Shown in pieces: positions 1 through 8,416 of a stretch of 16,749 bases of DNA (position 1 is its first letter; the number at the start of each line of letters is the position of its first letter). Where the stretch lies: the NCBI GenBank assembly GCA_965612865.1, contig CBFDTJ010000030.1, positions 1 through 16,749 of the forward strand. The letters run 5' to 3'. Position numbers and translations under genes: made by a program. Source of the DNA: an uncultured bacterium. GTDB taxonomy: Bacteria > Caldisericota > Caldisericia > B22-G15. The notes under the pieces were generated by a model, which saw nothing but the letters and a program-made list of their open reading frames with translations, was not told the DNA's origin and ran no database searches.

Positions 1-1
1 T

Positions 2-67
2 CAAGCAGAAGACGGCATACGAGATCATGCCTAGTCTCGTGGGCTCGGAGATGTGTATAAGAGACAG
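2..67 (+). other. Sequencing artefact: Illumina P7 adapter + i7 index + Nextera read-2 sequence with Tn5 mosaic end
   Basis: Exact CAAGCAGAAGACGGCATACGAGAT (2-25), index CATGCCTA (26-33), GTCTCGTGGGCTCGG (34-48), AGATGTGTATAAGAGACAG (49-67). Confidence 0.99.
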
Positions 68-322
68 GAGTATAGAAAGCAATAGAACAATGTCGCTCTT
101 TCCATAATTTAGAGCAATATACACTACAACCGTCCCCTTAAGGATATCGAGAAGGCCAACTAAAGCCCCAAAAGAAAACCCGAATTGTCTTATACTTCCA
201 GCCCCTCCGGGAAAATCCTTATCTCTTACATCTTTCTTTTTAAGAAGTTTACTAAGTATTATTCCAAAAGAGAGTGAACCTATTAAATAACTTAAAACGA
301 TTATCCCTATCTTTAATATCAT
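68..322 (-). CDS. plsY: Glycerol-3-phosphate acyltransferase PlsY-family membrane protein, divergent, 3'-truncated by contig end (not in ORF track)
   Basis: Manual translation from ATG at 322: MILKIGIIVLSYLIGSLSFGIILSKLLKKKDVRDKDFPGGAGSIRQFGFSFGALVGLLDILKGTVVVYIALNYGKSDIVLLLSIL. Has PlsY hallmarks SYLIGS..FG, DVR, DILKG. The ATG overlaps the degV stop (ATGA). Open until the adapter. Confidence 0.8.
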
Positions 323-1158
323 AATTCACCTCTCTCAGAATAAAAAGATACCCCTATAAGTTTTTTTCCTGTAGCAAATCCCATTATCGGAGTGAATTCA
401 GTTAAAAATATTTCTCTAACTGCTACGGTTTCTTTTATTTTTTTAACCAGTTTTCTTCCTTCAATTTCGTCATCTGCATGCATTACTACAACATGAAGAG
501 GCTCTTTCTCTCTAAGTAAAATTTCTAAAAGTTTTTGAATTCCTCTATCTTTATTTCTTACGAGTTTCACAGGCTTAATTTTTCCGTTGTGCAACATTAG
601 AATTGGCTTTAAGGAAAAAAGGGATCCAAAGTTTGAAAGAGTTTTAGGTATTCTTCCAGTTCTAAAGACATATTTTATTGTGTCAAGCATAACCACTGTT
701 TTTATTCTCGTTGCTAATCTCTTTGTCAAACTGACAATCTCAGTTAACTTTTTCCCTTTTTCTGACAATCTGGATGCATAGATTGCTAATAACCCTTCCC
801 CTGCTGCCCCATTCAGAGAGTCAATAACTTCTATTTTTTTATCTTTGACCATCTCTTTTGCAATTTTACAATTTCTTATACAGGCACTAAATGTTGAGGA
901 AAGAGTGATACATAAAATTACTTTCTCTTTTAAACTATTGAAAACATTTAAAAAATCCTCCACTTTTGGAGGATAAGCTCTGAATGGATATCCCTCTTCC
1001 ACAAATTTATACACATCCCTCGTATCTATGTCAATACCATCTTTATATTCCTTGTTATCTATTTTAAAGTAGAAAGGAACCACCTTAATATCAAGTTTTT
1101 TTATAATCTCTTTTGGAATACAAGAAACACTATCAGTTACAATTTTTATCCTTTTCAC
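319..1158 (-). CDS. DegV family fatty-acid-binding protein (FakB-like)
   Basis: N-terminal IKIVTDS, DGIDI, ITLSS, VIDS, GRI, LKPIL and H-A motifs, about 280 aa. Start is GTG at 1158 or TTG at 1161. Confidence 0.92.
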   Translation of the reverse strand: MKRIKIVTDSVSCIPKEIIKKLDIKVVPFYFKIDNKEYKDGIDIDTRDVYKFVEEGYPFRAYPPKVEDFLNVFNSLKEKVILCITLSSTFSACIRNCKIAKEMVKDKKIEVIDSLNGAAGEGLLAIYASRLSEKGKKLTEIVSLTKRLATRIKTVVMLDTIKYVFRTGRIPKTLSNFGSLFSLKPILMLHNGKIKPVKLVRNKDRGIQKLLEILLREKEPLHVVVMHADDEIEGRKLVKKIKETVAVREIFLTEFTPIMGFATGKKLIGVSFYSERGEL

Positions 1159-1165
1159 CAATTTT

Positions 1166-1171
1166 ATTTTA
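1166..1171 (-). promoter_or_regulatory. Putative sigma70 -10 box (TAAAAT) 7 nt upstream of degV GTG; likely leaderless transcript
   Basis: Minus strand reads TAAAAT-aaaattg-GTG with no Shine-Dalgarno. Confidence 0.4.
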
Positions 1172-1208
1172 CAATATTCTAAATATTTTACATAAGTTAA
1201 AATTTCAT

Positions 1209-2222
1209 TTAAATTATTAACATTGCGTCTCCAAAAGAAAAGAACCGGTACTTCTTTTTAACAGCCTCCCTGTATGCTTTCATAATTTTTTCTCTTCCAG
1301 CAAAAGCAGAGACAAGAACAATAAGGGTTGTCTTTGGAAGGTGAAAGTTTGTTATTAGAGAATCAACAACATTAAATTTAAAACCGGGTTTAATGAATAA
1401 ATTTGTGTAACCTCTAAAGGGTTTAAATTTTCCTGAAAGTCCCGCTGTTTCAAGGGATCTTACCACTGTAGTCCCCACAGCAAAAATTCTTCCTCCCCTC
1501 TCTTTGGTCTTAATAATTTTTTCTACCACTTCGGGTGAAACCTCAATCCACTCTTCTTCCATCTCGTGATCCTCTATATTCTCAGTTCTTATAGGTCTAA
1601 AAGTCCCCAATCCAACATGAAGGGTTACGTAAAGGATATCAACCCCCATACTCTTGATTTTCTCAAGGAGCTCTTCTGTAAAGTGGAGTCCTGCTGTGGG
1701 AGAGGCAAGGGAGCCCTTCTTTCTGGCATAAACAGTCTGATAATCCTCTTCCTTTATGCCCATAGATTTTATATAGGGTGGAAGGGGTACATCTCCAACT
1801 CTATCAATAAAATTCATTACATCCACATTTCCTTCAAGCTCTACCACCCTCTTGCCTTCAGGAAGGATTTCTTTTACCACCCCCACTGTTCCGTCTTTAA
1901 AAACTATTTTCCTTCCAGCTCTTGCCCTTTTTGCCTTTTTTACAATAACCTCCATCCACCCCTCTCCTGCTTTTAAGAACAGCCCATCAAATTTCCCGCC
2001 TGTATCCATAAATTTTCCAGTTATCTTTGCCCTTATAACCTTTGTGTTGTTCAAGACAAGAACATCTCCCTTTTTAATATAATGGACTATCTCATAAAAA
2101 ATTTTATGTTCTATCTCTCCTGCTTTCTTTAAAACAAGAAGTTTTGCTTTATCTCTATCTTTTACAGGTTCCTGAGCAATAAGTTCCTCTGGAAGATGAA
2201 AGTCAAAAAGCTCAGTTTTCAT
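1209..2222 (-). CDS. queA: S-adenosylmethionine:tRNA ribosyltransferase-isomerase (queuosine biosynthesis)
   Basis: FDFHLPEELIAQEP, PLPPYI, YQTVYA, PTAGLHFT, TLHVGLGTFRP, VGTTVVRSLE, TNFHLPKTTL, YRFFSFGDAM. Confidence 0.98.
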   Translation of the reverse strand: MKTELFDFHLPEELIAQEPVKDRDKAKLLVLKKAGEIEHKIFYEIVHYIKKGDVLVLNNTKVIRAKITGKFMDTGGKFDGLFLKAGEGWMEVIVKKAKRARAGRKIVFKDGTVGVVKEILPEGKRVVELEGNVDVMNFIDRVGDVPLPPYIKSMGIKEEDYQTVYARKKGSLASPTAGLHFTEELLEKIKSMGVDILYVTLHVGLGTFRPIRTENIEDHEMEEEWIEVSPEVVEKIIKTKERGGRIFAVGTTVVRSLETAGLSGKFKPFRGYTNLFIKPGFKFNVVDSLITNFHLPKTTLIVLVSAFAGREKIMKAYREAVKKKYRFFSFGDAMLII

Positions 2223-3726
2223 TTAGTTTCACCAATTCTGCTCCCTGATAAAAGTGAGACAAAATCTCCTTATAATTCCATCCCTTTTCAGCAAAGCCCT
2301 CTGCCCCCCACTGGCTCATTCCCACTCCATGCCCCCATCCTTTTCCATCAAATTCAACTATATCCCATCTTCTTGGCGGGACCCCCTCTGTTCTATAGGT
2401 TTTCTCCTCATATGCTGCAAAGAATCCAACAAATTTGTTCATTGTCCCTCTAAAAAATGGGGTCCTTTCAACCATAGAGAGAAAAGAGTGAACAAAGGGA
2501 ACTTTATATCTTTTAAATTTGAATGTAAACCATGTACTTTTTAATCCAAACAGATTGGAGAAGGTGGTACCTCTTAAAGTTATACTTCCAAATCTCCCTA
2601 TAATTTCTATAAGAACTACCCTTGGTGAGACCCCTTTCTTTAAAACTTTAAACCCCAGCACCTCTCCAATGTAGGGAAGATCATTCTTTTCTATGTATTT
2701 TTTTATAACCATCTGCACTCTATAGTTTGTAACATACTTTGTCCAGCTAAAATGTGGAGACCTTTCCTCGTATGGACTATCCACTCCTCTAAGATAAGGA
2801 ACTGGAGAGGAGTGCCAGACATTCTCGTTGTTCTCTGTAAAACCACCTGATGTTGAATGATAAACTGCTGTAATAATCTTCCCGCCATACATTAAAACCT
2901 CACCTTCAGTTTCAGATACAGCTCTATTTGTCTTTTCTGTTTCTTTGTCCATACCAAGATAAGCTTGAGTATCGGGGGTTGATGTAACATCATAGAGGCT
3001 CCCGCTCTTCATTTTGTAAAGCACATATGTGCGTGACGCCACTGCCTGAGCTTTAAGTGCTTCAATGTTGAAACTCTCTGGCATCTCTGACGGGACAACA
3101 CCTTTAACATAATCCTCAAGGGAAACTTTGTTTATAAAATAGATAGAAAATGTATGTTTTACAATATTAATCTCTCCTCTGTATCTTCTTCCATTTATCT
3201 TTACAAAGCCTTCATTTCCGTGTATACAGGAGAAATCCCCTTCAAGCTCCTTCCTCTCTACTTCAAAGGAAAGTCTTCCATCATCTAAAGATACAAAAAA
3301 ACCAGAAACTTCTTTATTCATGGAGAAGGGTATTATGCTTTTATATAATAATTTAAATGTTTCAAGCTCTTCAAGAGAGTTGAAGCTCCCGATGTCCACA
3401 TTAAATTTCCCTTCCCTTTTCAGTATGATAACCTTCTTTGAGTTTATCTTTCCCCTAATGGAAACTGCATAATTTAAGGCATCTTTAAGATTCACAAAAA
3501 CACCAACTCTCAATCTCAGATCTCCCTTCTCCTCCTTCTCCTGATAGATAAAGAGAGAACTTAGGGGGAAGTTTTCTCCAAAAACAGAAACGGTTACATT
3601 CCCATCAATTTCAACATAGGCTGGATCTTTGTAAAGTAAAACCTTCACCTTTTTTTCACCTGCAAATACCCTCCCTGGAATAAAGAGGAATGAAAGTATT
3701 ATAAAAACTATGAGAATTTTCTTCAT
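2212..3726 (-). CDS. SpoIID/LytB domain protein (peptidoglycan lytic transglycosylase-like), exported
   Basis: Signal peptide, YRGEI, LEDYVKGVVPSEMP, EALKAQAVASRTY, YHSTSGGFTE, PYLRGVDSP, GKGWGHGVGMSQWGA, YKEILSHFY. Overlaps the queA start. Confidence 0.93.
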   Translation of the reverse strand: MKKILIVFIILSFLFIPGRVFAGEKKVKVLLYKDPAYVEIDGNVTVSVFGENFPLSSLFIYQEKEEKGDLRLRVGVFVNLKDALNYAVSIRGKINSKKVIILKREGKFNVDIGSFNSLEELETFKLLYKSIIPFSMNKEVSGFFVSLDDGRLSFEVERKELEGDFSCIHGNEGFVKINGRRYRGEINIVKHTFSIYFINKVSLEDYVKGVVPSEMPESFNIEALKAQAVASRTYVLYKMKSGSLYDVTSTPDTQAYLGMDKETEKTNRAVSETEGEVLMYGGKIITAVYHSTSGGFTENNENVWHSSPVPYLRGVDSPYEERSPHFSWTKYVTNYRVQMVIKKYIEKNDLPYIGEVLGFKVLKKGVSPRVVLIEIIGRFGSITLRGTTFSNLFGLKSTWFTFKFKRYKVPFVHSFLSMVERTPFFRGTMNKFVGFFAAYEEKTYRTEGVPPRRWDIVEFDGKGWGHGVGMSQWGAEGFAEKGWNYKEILSHFYQGAELVKLNEN

Positions 3727-4451
3727 TTTATAAACTCCATAACCTTTGAAACACCAAGAGACAAAAGATATTTAAATATATCCATGTTTTCCTGAGCCCA
3801 CTTTACAAAGTAGGAGGAATTTATGGTTTTAACAACATTTGAATTGGGAAGGAGTATCTTTAAAAAGAGATTGGAATACAGAAATACAAGAAAGACGAGG
3901 ATGGAAAGGTATAGAGCCACACTGAATATTAAACCTAAAGTTCTGTCCAATGTTCCAACAACAGGAACCTTGTGTATTCCTCCTACAAGCAGAGCTTTAA
4001 GAATGGAGACCACAATCAGAGAGGCAAGGAAGAGTATGAGAAACGAAATAGCCTCTCCGATGGTTATACCGAGCAGAGTGAGGTAGGCATCGTAGACTGT
4101 CTGGTTTGGACCAAAGGATGATAGGAGTGGGATATTTTCCTTAAGGAAGTTTTTAAAGAATTGAGGAACGGGAAGGGTGGAGATGTAGAGTTTTAGATTG
4201 TTTGGATCTGCTGAAACTATTTTTGTTTCAGGTGGTAGGTTCAAATGGGTATAAAGGTAGTTTTTAATGCTTGTGACCATGGAAAAATTTTTCTCAAGAT
4301 AGACAGTAAATTGAGGAGAAAATTTATAGGCTATATAAATTGCAACAAAGAAACCAGCTATGGAAAGAACTGTCTTTAGTATCCCTCTTCTCCATCCAAT
4401 AAAGGCGGCGTATATAAGAATAATTATTACTATTCCATCAACTATATTCAT
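3723..4451 (-). CDS. CvpA (colicin V production) family membrane protein
   Basis: MNIVDGIVIIIL...GWRRGILK N-terminus, LDRTLGLIF motif, multiple hydrophobic helices. Confidence 0.88.
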   Translation of the reverse strand: MNIVDGIVIIILIYAAFIGWRRGILKTVLSIAGFFVAIYIAYKFSPQFTVYLEKNFSMVTSIKNYLYTHLNLPPETKIVSADPNNLKLYISTLPVPQFFKNFLKENIPLLSSFGPNQTVYDAYLTLLGITIGEAISFLILFLASLIVVSILKALLVGGIHKVPVVGTLDRTLGLIFSVALYLSILVFLVFLYSNLFLKILLPNSNVVKTINSSYFVKWAQENMDIFKYLLSLGVSKVMEFIK

Positions 4452-4457
4452 ACTTTA

Positions 4458-4463
4458 ATTATA
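4458..4463 (-). promoter_or_regulatory. Consensus -10 box (TATAAT) 6 nt upstream of cvpA ATG; likely leaderless transcript
   Basis: Minus strand reads TATAAT-taaagt-ATG with no SD. Confidence 0.5.
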
Positions 4464-4492
4464 GACCAGAATCTCTGGGTTTTGTTCAAATC

Positions 4493-5791
4493 TTAAATCC
4501 TGAATCTTGTTTTAAAGAGGGATTTTGTCTTAAGTCTTAGTTTTGCAGTAAGGACTCTGTCTGAAGAGAATATCTTTGCGGCAATAATTATGCAGACAAT
4601 AGAGAAAAGTGCCATATAAATAATACCGAAAATTACCATATTTATGTTTCCAAATAAAAGGAATCTTGAGGCAAGGAATGGGTGCGAGAATGGAATTAAA
4701 AAGAGCAGGACCTTTGCAATTAAAGAGAGGGATGAAAAGTCTGTAAAGAAAGAGAGTAGATAAGGTATAAGAAGAAGAACCATCAAGGGTGTAAGGAGAG
4801 TCTGTGCACTCTTAACATCCTCAGCATAAACAGCTAAAATTGTGGCAAGGGACAGGGCAGAAAGAATTGCAAAAAAGAGGGAGATTCCTAACAGAGCGTA
4901 TGCTCCTGGAGTAAAGGTTAAACCCAGTTCTCTTAAAATATTTGATGAAACTGAGGCACTTCCTCCCATGCCCGACATTTGACCAATATAGTTCTTCATT
5001 CCGTACATATAGAAAACTGACATGAGAAGTGCAATAAGGCTTGCTCCAAGCATTTTTGATATAACAATGTGCGTTCTCTTTATGGGAAGGGTAAGAAGTG
5101 TCTCAAGGGTTTTGTTCTCTTTTTCCATGGCAACCGCTGAGGCAATCATCTGGGCAGACATCATTATTACGAACATAAGTATTATGGGAATGAAAACATT
5201 CTGAGAGGTAACTGCAGCTGATATCATCTCTGGGGGTGCTTCCACCATCCTATCTTTTACAATTACAAAATTTTTTGCCTCAATCGGTCTCTGTATAATC
5301 TCAGGGTCCACATCCTTGAACTTCTCCTTTATGTACCTTTTTGATATATCCTCACTTATAATGGAGATAAGGGCTTTTGTAGAAGCAGATTTAGAGAAGG
5401 TTGACATACTGAGACCCCTCATTACTGTATAGATGTCAATGTGGGTCTTTTTATACTCTTCAACATTTTCCTTGAATCCCTCAGGAATAACAATTAATGT
5501 ATCTATACCTTTTTCTTTAGCTTCATCAAGTCCCTCTTGAACCTCTACATTGTTTAGAACTTGAGGGATTAAATTTACCCCCTTCATCAGCTCAATCACC
5601 TCAGTAGATAAAGAGGTATTATCATTATCTATTACAAGAACCTCTTTTGGCTCCTTTACCTTTGCTGCTTCCTTTCCAATCAATTTTCCCATAACTGAGA
5701 AAAGGACAACCATTATAACAAGGGGAATAAGCATCTGTGGGGTTAAAAGGCTTTTAATCTCCTTCTTAAGAAGTACAAGGAACTTTCTCAT
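4493..5791 (-). CDS. ABC-2 type exporter permease (NatB-like)
   Basis: LLKKEIKSLL start, N-terminal TM, extracytoplasmic loop, EKENKTLETLLTLPIKR..IVISK motif, several C-terminal TMs. Start overlaps the ATPase stop. Confidence 0.92.
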   Translation of the reverse strand: MRKFLVLLKKEIKSLLTPQMLIPLVIMVVLFSVMGKLIGKEAAKVKEPKEVLVIDNDNTSLSTEVIELMKGVNLIPQVLNNVEVQEGLDEAKEKGIDTLIVIPEGFKENVEEYKKTHIDIYTVMRGLSMSTFSKSASTKALISIISEDISKRYIKEKFKDVDPEIIQRPIEAKNFVIVKDRMVEAPPEMISAAVTSQNVFIPIILMFVIMMSAQMIASAVAMEKENKTLETLLTLPIKRTHIVISKMLGASLIALLMSVFYMYGMKNYIGQMSGMGGSASVSSNILRELGLTFTPGAYALLGISLFFAILSALSLATILAVYAEDVKSAQTLLTPLMVLLLIPYLLSFFTDFSSLSLIAKVLLFLIPFSHPFLASRFLLFGNINMVIFGIIYMALFSIVCIIIAAKIFSSDRVLTAKLRLKTKSLFKTRFRI

Positions 5792-6507
5792 TTCACCACC
5801 CCCATAAACACTTCCTCTATATTTCTTGCATTGTATTTTTCCTTAAGTTCCTCTGGTTTACCTATCTCCAAAATCTCCCCTTTATCAATTAGGGCAATCC
5901 TATCTGAGAGGAACTCCACCTCAAGCATGTTGTGAGAGGAGAGAAGCACTGTTACACCCCTTTTTGTAAAATCCCTTATAAGTTTTCTTATCTCAATAGA
6001 ATTTATTACATCAAGTCCGCTTGTGGGCTCGTCAAGGATTGCAAGTTTTGGGAAAGTCATAAGAGCCCTTGCAAGAAGAAGCTTTCTTACCATACCTTTG
6101 CTGTATGTGGAAATTTTACTTCCTATCCTTCCACCAAGGTCTGCAATATCTAATGCCCTCTCAACAAACTCTTTAGTGTCTTTTTCGTCTTTTGCATAGA
6201 GGGAAGCCATAAATCTTATATAATCAAGTCCTGTAAGGTTCTTGTATGCTCCGGCCTCTTCTGGAAGATAACTTATAATTTCCCTTACTCTGTCTCCTTC
6301 TCTTCTAACATCATATCCAAAAACTTTTACCTCTCCCTCAGTTGGTGAAAGAAGTGTTGCAATAATCCTCAAGGTAGTTGTCTTCCCCGCACCATTGGGG
6401 CCAATTAGACCAAAGATTTCTCCTTCCTCTATATTAAAACTAATCCCTTTTAGAGCCCTTATGTTGCCATAATCCTTCACCAGATTCTTGATCTCTACTG
6501 CAAACAT
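5788..6507 (-). CDS. ABC transporter ATP-binding protein (NatA/ABC-2 type)
   Basis: Walker A GPNGAGKTT, signature YSKGM, Walker B ILDEPTSGLD, SSH. ATG at 6507 follows SD GGAGGTG (ORF track uses GTG 6513). Confidence 0.96.
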   Translation of the reverse strand: MFAVEIKNLVKDYGNIRALKGISFNIEEGEIFGLIGPNGAGKTTTLRIIATLLSPTEGEVKVFGYDVRREGDRVREIISYLPEEAGAYKNLTGLDYIRFMASLYAKDEKDTKEFVERALDIADLGGRIGSKISTYSKGMVRKLLLARALMTFPKLAILDEPTSGLDVINSIEIRKLIRDFTKRGVTVLLSSHNMLEVEFLSDRIALIDKGEILEIGKPEELKEKYNARNIEEVFMGVVK

Positions 6508-6524
6508 TTTCACCTCCAGATGGA

Positions 6525-6533
6525 ATTATAGCA
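6525..6533 (-). promoter_or_regulatory. Extended -10 promoter (TGcTATAAT) for the ABC exporter operon
   Basis: Minus strand TGCTATAAT-tccatct-GGAGGTG-aaa-ATG, implying a very short leader. Confidence 0.55.
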
Positions 6534-6535
6534 AA

Positions 6536-7318
6536 TTAAACAAGTTTCACACTAAATAGATTCTCAAAATTTTTTGTTGTTACCTCCATGAGCTTCTCCA
6601 TGGACACCCTTTTTAACCTGCTAATTTCGTGAGCAGTTATTATCATGAAGGAGGGTTCATTTCTTTTTCCTCTCTTTCCCTGAGGTGGGAGATAGGGTGA
6701 ATCTGTTTCAATAAGAATTCTCTCTAGGGGTGCAAATTTAACTGCCTCCCTTAACCTATCGTTCTTTGGATATGTTAGGGGTCCGCCTATGCCAATATAA
6801 AAGCCCATCCTTATTACTTCCGTCATTCTATCTGGTCCATGATTAAAACAATGAAAAACTCCCCTTAGCTTCCCCTTATACCTTCTCACAATACTTACAA
6901 CATCAGGGAATGCATCTCTTTCATGAATGACTATGGGAAGGTTCATGGAAATGGCAAACTCAATTTGACTAACAAAAACCTCTTTTTGTTTTTCTTTTGG
7001 TGAAAGATTCCTGAAATAGTCAAGCCCAATCTCTCCTATGGCAACAATCTTTTTGTTTTTTTCTATAAGTTTCTTAAAAAGAGAAAGGTCTTCATCAACG
7101 AACTCTTTTGCATCGTGAGGATGAAAACCAATGGAGGAGAAAATAAAAGGGTTGTTCATTGATATGTCACTTGAAGATAAGGAGGACTCTCTATCATAGG
7201 AAATGTTTAGAAAATACTTTATATTAACCTCACCTGCTCTTTTTATTACATCCTCTCTATCTTCATCAAAAACATTCATACTAAGGTGAACATGTGAATC
7301 AACAAAAAATCTTTTCAT
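6536..7318 (-). CDS. tatD: TatD family hydrolase/deoxyribonuclease
   Basis: DSHVHL, GFHPH, AIGEIGLDY, IHER, FHCF, ILIETDSPYLPP, RGKRNEP. Confidence 0.97.
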   Translation of the reverse strand: MKRFFVDSHVHLSMNVFDEDREDVIKRAGEVNIKYFLNISYDRESSLSSSDISMNNPFIFSSIGFHPHDAKEFVDEDLSLFKKLIEKNKKIVAIGEIGLDYFRNLSPKEKQKEVFVSQIEFAISMNLPIVIHERDAFPDVVSIVRRYKGKLRGVFHCFNHGPDRMTEVIRMGFYIGIGGPLTYPKNDRLREAVKFAPLERILIETDSPYLPPQGKRGKRNEPSFMIITAHEISRLKRVSMEKLMEVTTKNFENLFSVKLV

Positions 7319-7325
7319 GCATAAA

Positions 7326-7334
7326 ATTTTATCA
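7326..7334 (-). promoter_or_regulatory. Extended -10 (TGaTAAAAT) 7 nt upstream of tatD ATG; likely leaderless transcript
   Basis: Minus strand TGATAAAAT-tttatgc-ATG, no SD, immediately after the upstream gene's terminator. Confidence 0.5.
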
Positions 7335-7335
7335 T

Positions 7336-7369
7336 AAAAAAGAAAAAGGGGCTCAATTTGAGCCCCTTT
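7336..7369 (-). terminator. Rho-independent terminator of the Spy/CpxP gene
   Basis: Stem AAAGGGGCTC-aattt-GAGCCCCTTT (7345-7369), running into a long U-rich tract on the minus strand, 16 nt after the stop. Confidence 0.85.
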
Positions 7370-7385
7370 AATCTATATTAACTAC

Positions 7386-8282
7386 TTACCTAACCATACC
7401 CGGAGAGAGGAAGAATATGGATGTTGGAAGGTTCTTTCTCTGCTCTGGAGTGAGAAGATGTACGATGTTAAGGTACATATCCTTTCTTAAAGATAGAACT
7501 TCATTCAGTTTTGCCCTTACAGTTGAAATGGAGTTTCTTAGAGCAGTCTCATCGAGGGGGTCCTTTGAAACAATTTCTTTTTCATTCTTTGCATTCTCCT
7601 TAAGCTCCTTTAAGATTCCTCTCTCATTCTCTGCTTCTGTCTTTATCATTTCAATGAAGCTATCCTTCTGTTCGTCTGTAAGTTCAAGCTTCTTAATGAG
7701 AAATCCTGTTTTCTTTCTTATCTCATACTTTACAAACTTTACCCTTTCTTCCCTTATAAGCTCGTTAAGAGTCTCTTTCTGCTCCTCTGTCAGGTTAAGT
7801 TTCTTTGCAAGAAGCAACCAATCTCTTATTCTGTTCCTTAGTCTCTCCTCTGCAGGGTTTTTCTCTCTTTTTCTTATGTATCTACCTGTAAGGAAACCAA
7901 GAGATGAAAGATACTTCTCCCTCTGCTCAGGTGTTAACACCTTTTCAATTTCAACAAAGGCGTCCTCTCTTAAGCCCATAATCTCATTTATGTAACCGAT
8001 GTTCTTGTTGATGAGGTTTTCAAGCTTAGATTCATCTAAAGTTTCTGCGTCAAGAACAGCTCTTTCTTCATCTCTTGCTGTCTTAATCTTTTCAAGAACA
8101 GGTTTTACCTTATCTCTTAAATCCTCCATTATTCCCTTTATCTCTTCCTTCTGCTCATCTGTTAGGTTCAGACCCTTATCCAACGAATTCTTACCCATTT
8201 CATTGTAGGCGTAAATACCTCCTATTCCTAAAGAAATCACCAGTCCTAAGATTATTAGCCCTATCAAAAGTTTTCTACTCAT
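7386..8282 (-). CDS. Spy/CpxP (LTXXQ) family periplasmic chaperone / metal-sensor-like protein, internally duplicated
   Basis: Signal peptide/anchor, five LTxEQ motifs (LTDEQK, LTPEQR, LTEEQK, LTDEQK, LTPEQR), helical charged composition, SD AAGGAGGTG. Confidence 0.85.
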   Translation of the reverse strand: MSRKLLIGLIILGLVISLGIGGIYAYNEMGKNSLDKGLNLTDEQKEEIKGIMEDLRDKVKPVLEKIKTARDEERAVLDAETLDESKLENLINKNIGYINEIMGLREDAFVEIEKVLTPEQREKYLSSLGFLTGRYIRKREKNPAEERLRNRIRDWLLLAKKLNLTEEQKETLNELIREERVKFVKYEIRKKTGFLIKKLELTDEQKDSFIEMIKTEAENERGILKELKENAKNEKEIVSKDPLDETALRNSISTVRAKLNEVLSLRKDMYLNIVHLLTPEQRKNLPTSIFFLSPGMVR

Positions 8283-8305
8283 GCTTCACCTCCTTCGCCC
8301 ATATA

Positions 8306-8331
8306 TACACCAGACTCCCAACTTTGTTACG
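8306..8331 (-). promoter_or_regulatory. Possible ECF sigma-factor promoter upstream of Spy/CpxP gene
   Basis: Minus strand cGTAAC-N16-TGTA, resembling the ECF consensus (AAC-N16-CGT). Confidence 0.4.
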
Positions 8332-8350
8332 CAATAAGCAAACCACCTAA

Positions 8351-8379
8351 TTGACAAAAATATTTTATGGGAATAATAT
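8351..8379 (+). promoter_or_regulatory. Sigma70 promoter for chrB-like gene
   Basis: TTGACA (8351-8356), 17 nt, TAATAT (8374-8379). SD AAAGGAGG precedes ATG 8417. Confidence 0.6.
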
Positions 8380-8416
8380 TACCCTGTTAAAATCTCGAGT
8401 TTGAAAGGAGGCAAAT

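Noticed and set aside
7417..8208. Long antisense ORFs (192 aa and 69 aa) opposite the Spy/CpxP gene, and similar shadow ORFs opposite queA, preT and the secreted protein
   Set aside because: Ser/Phe/Leu-rich mirror translations of Lys/Glu-rich sense genes, with no SD or recognisable motifs.
8283..8416. Possible riboswitch (for example fluoride/crcB) upstream of the chrB-like gene
   Set aside because: No recognisable aptamer consensus; the interval is explained by two divergent promoters and SD sites.
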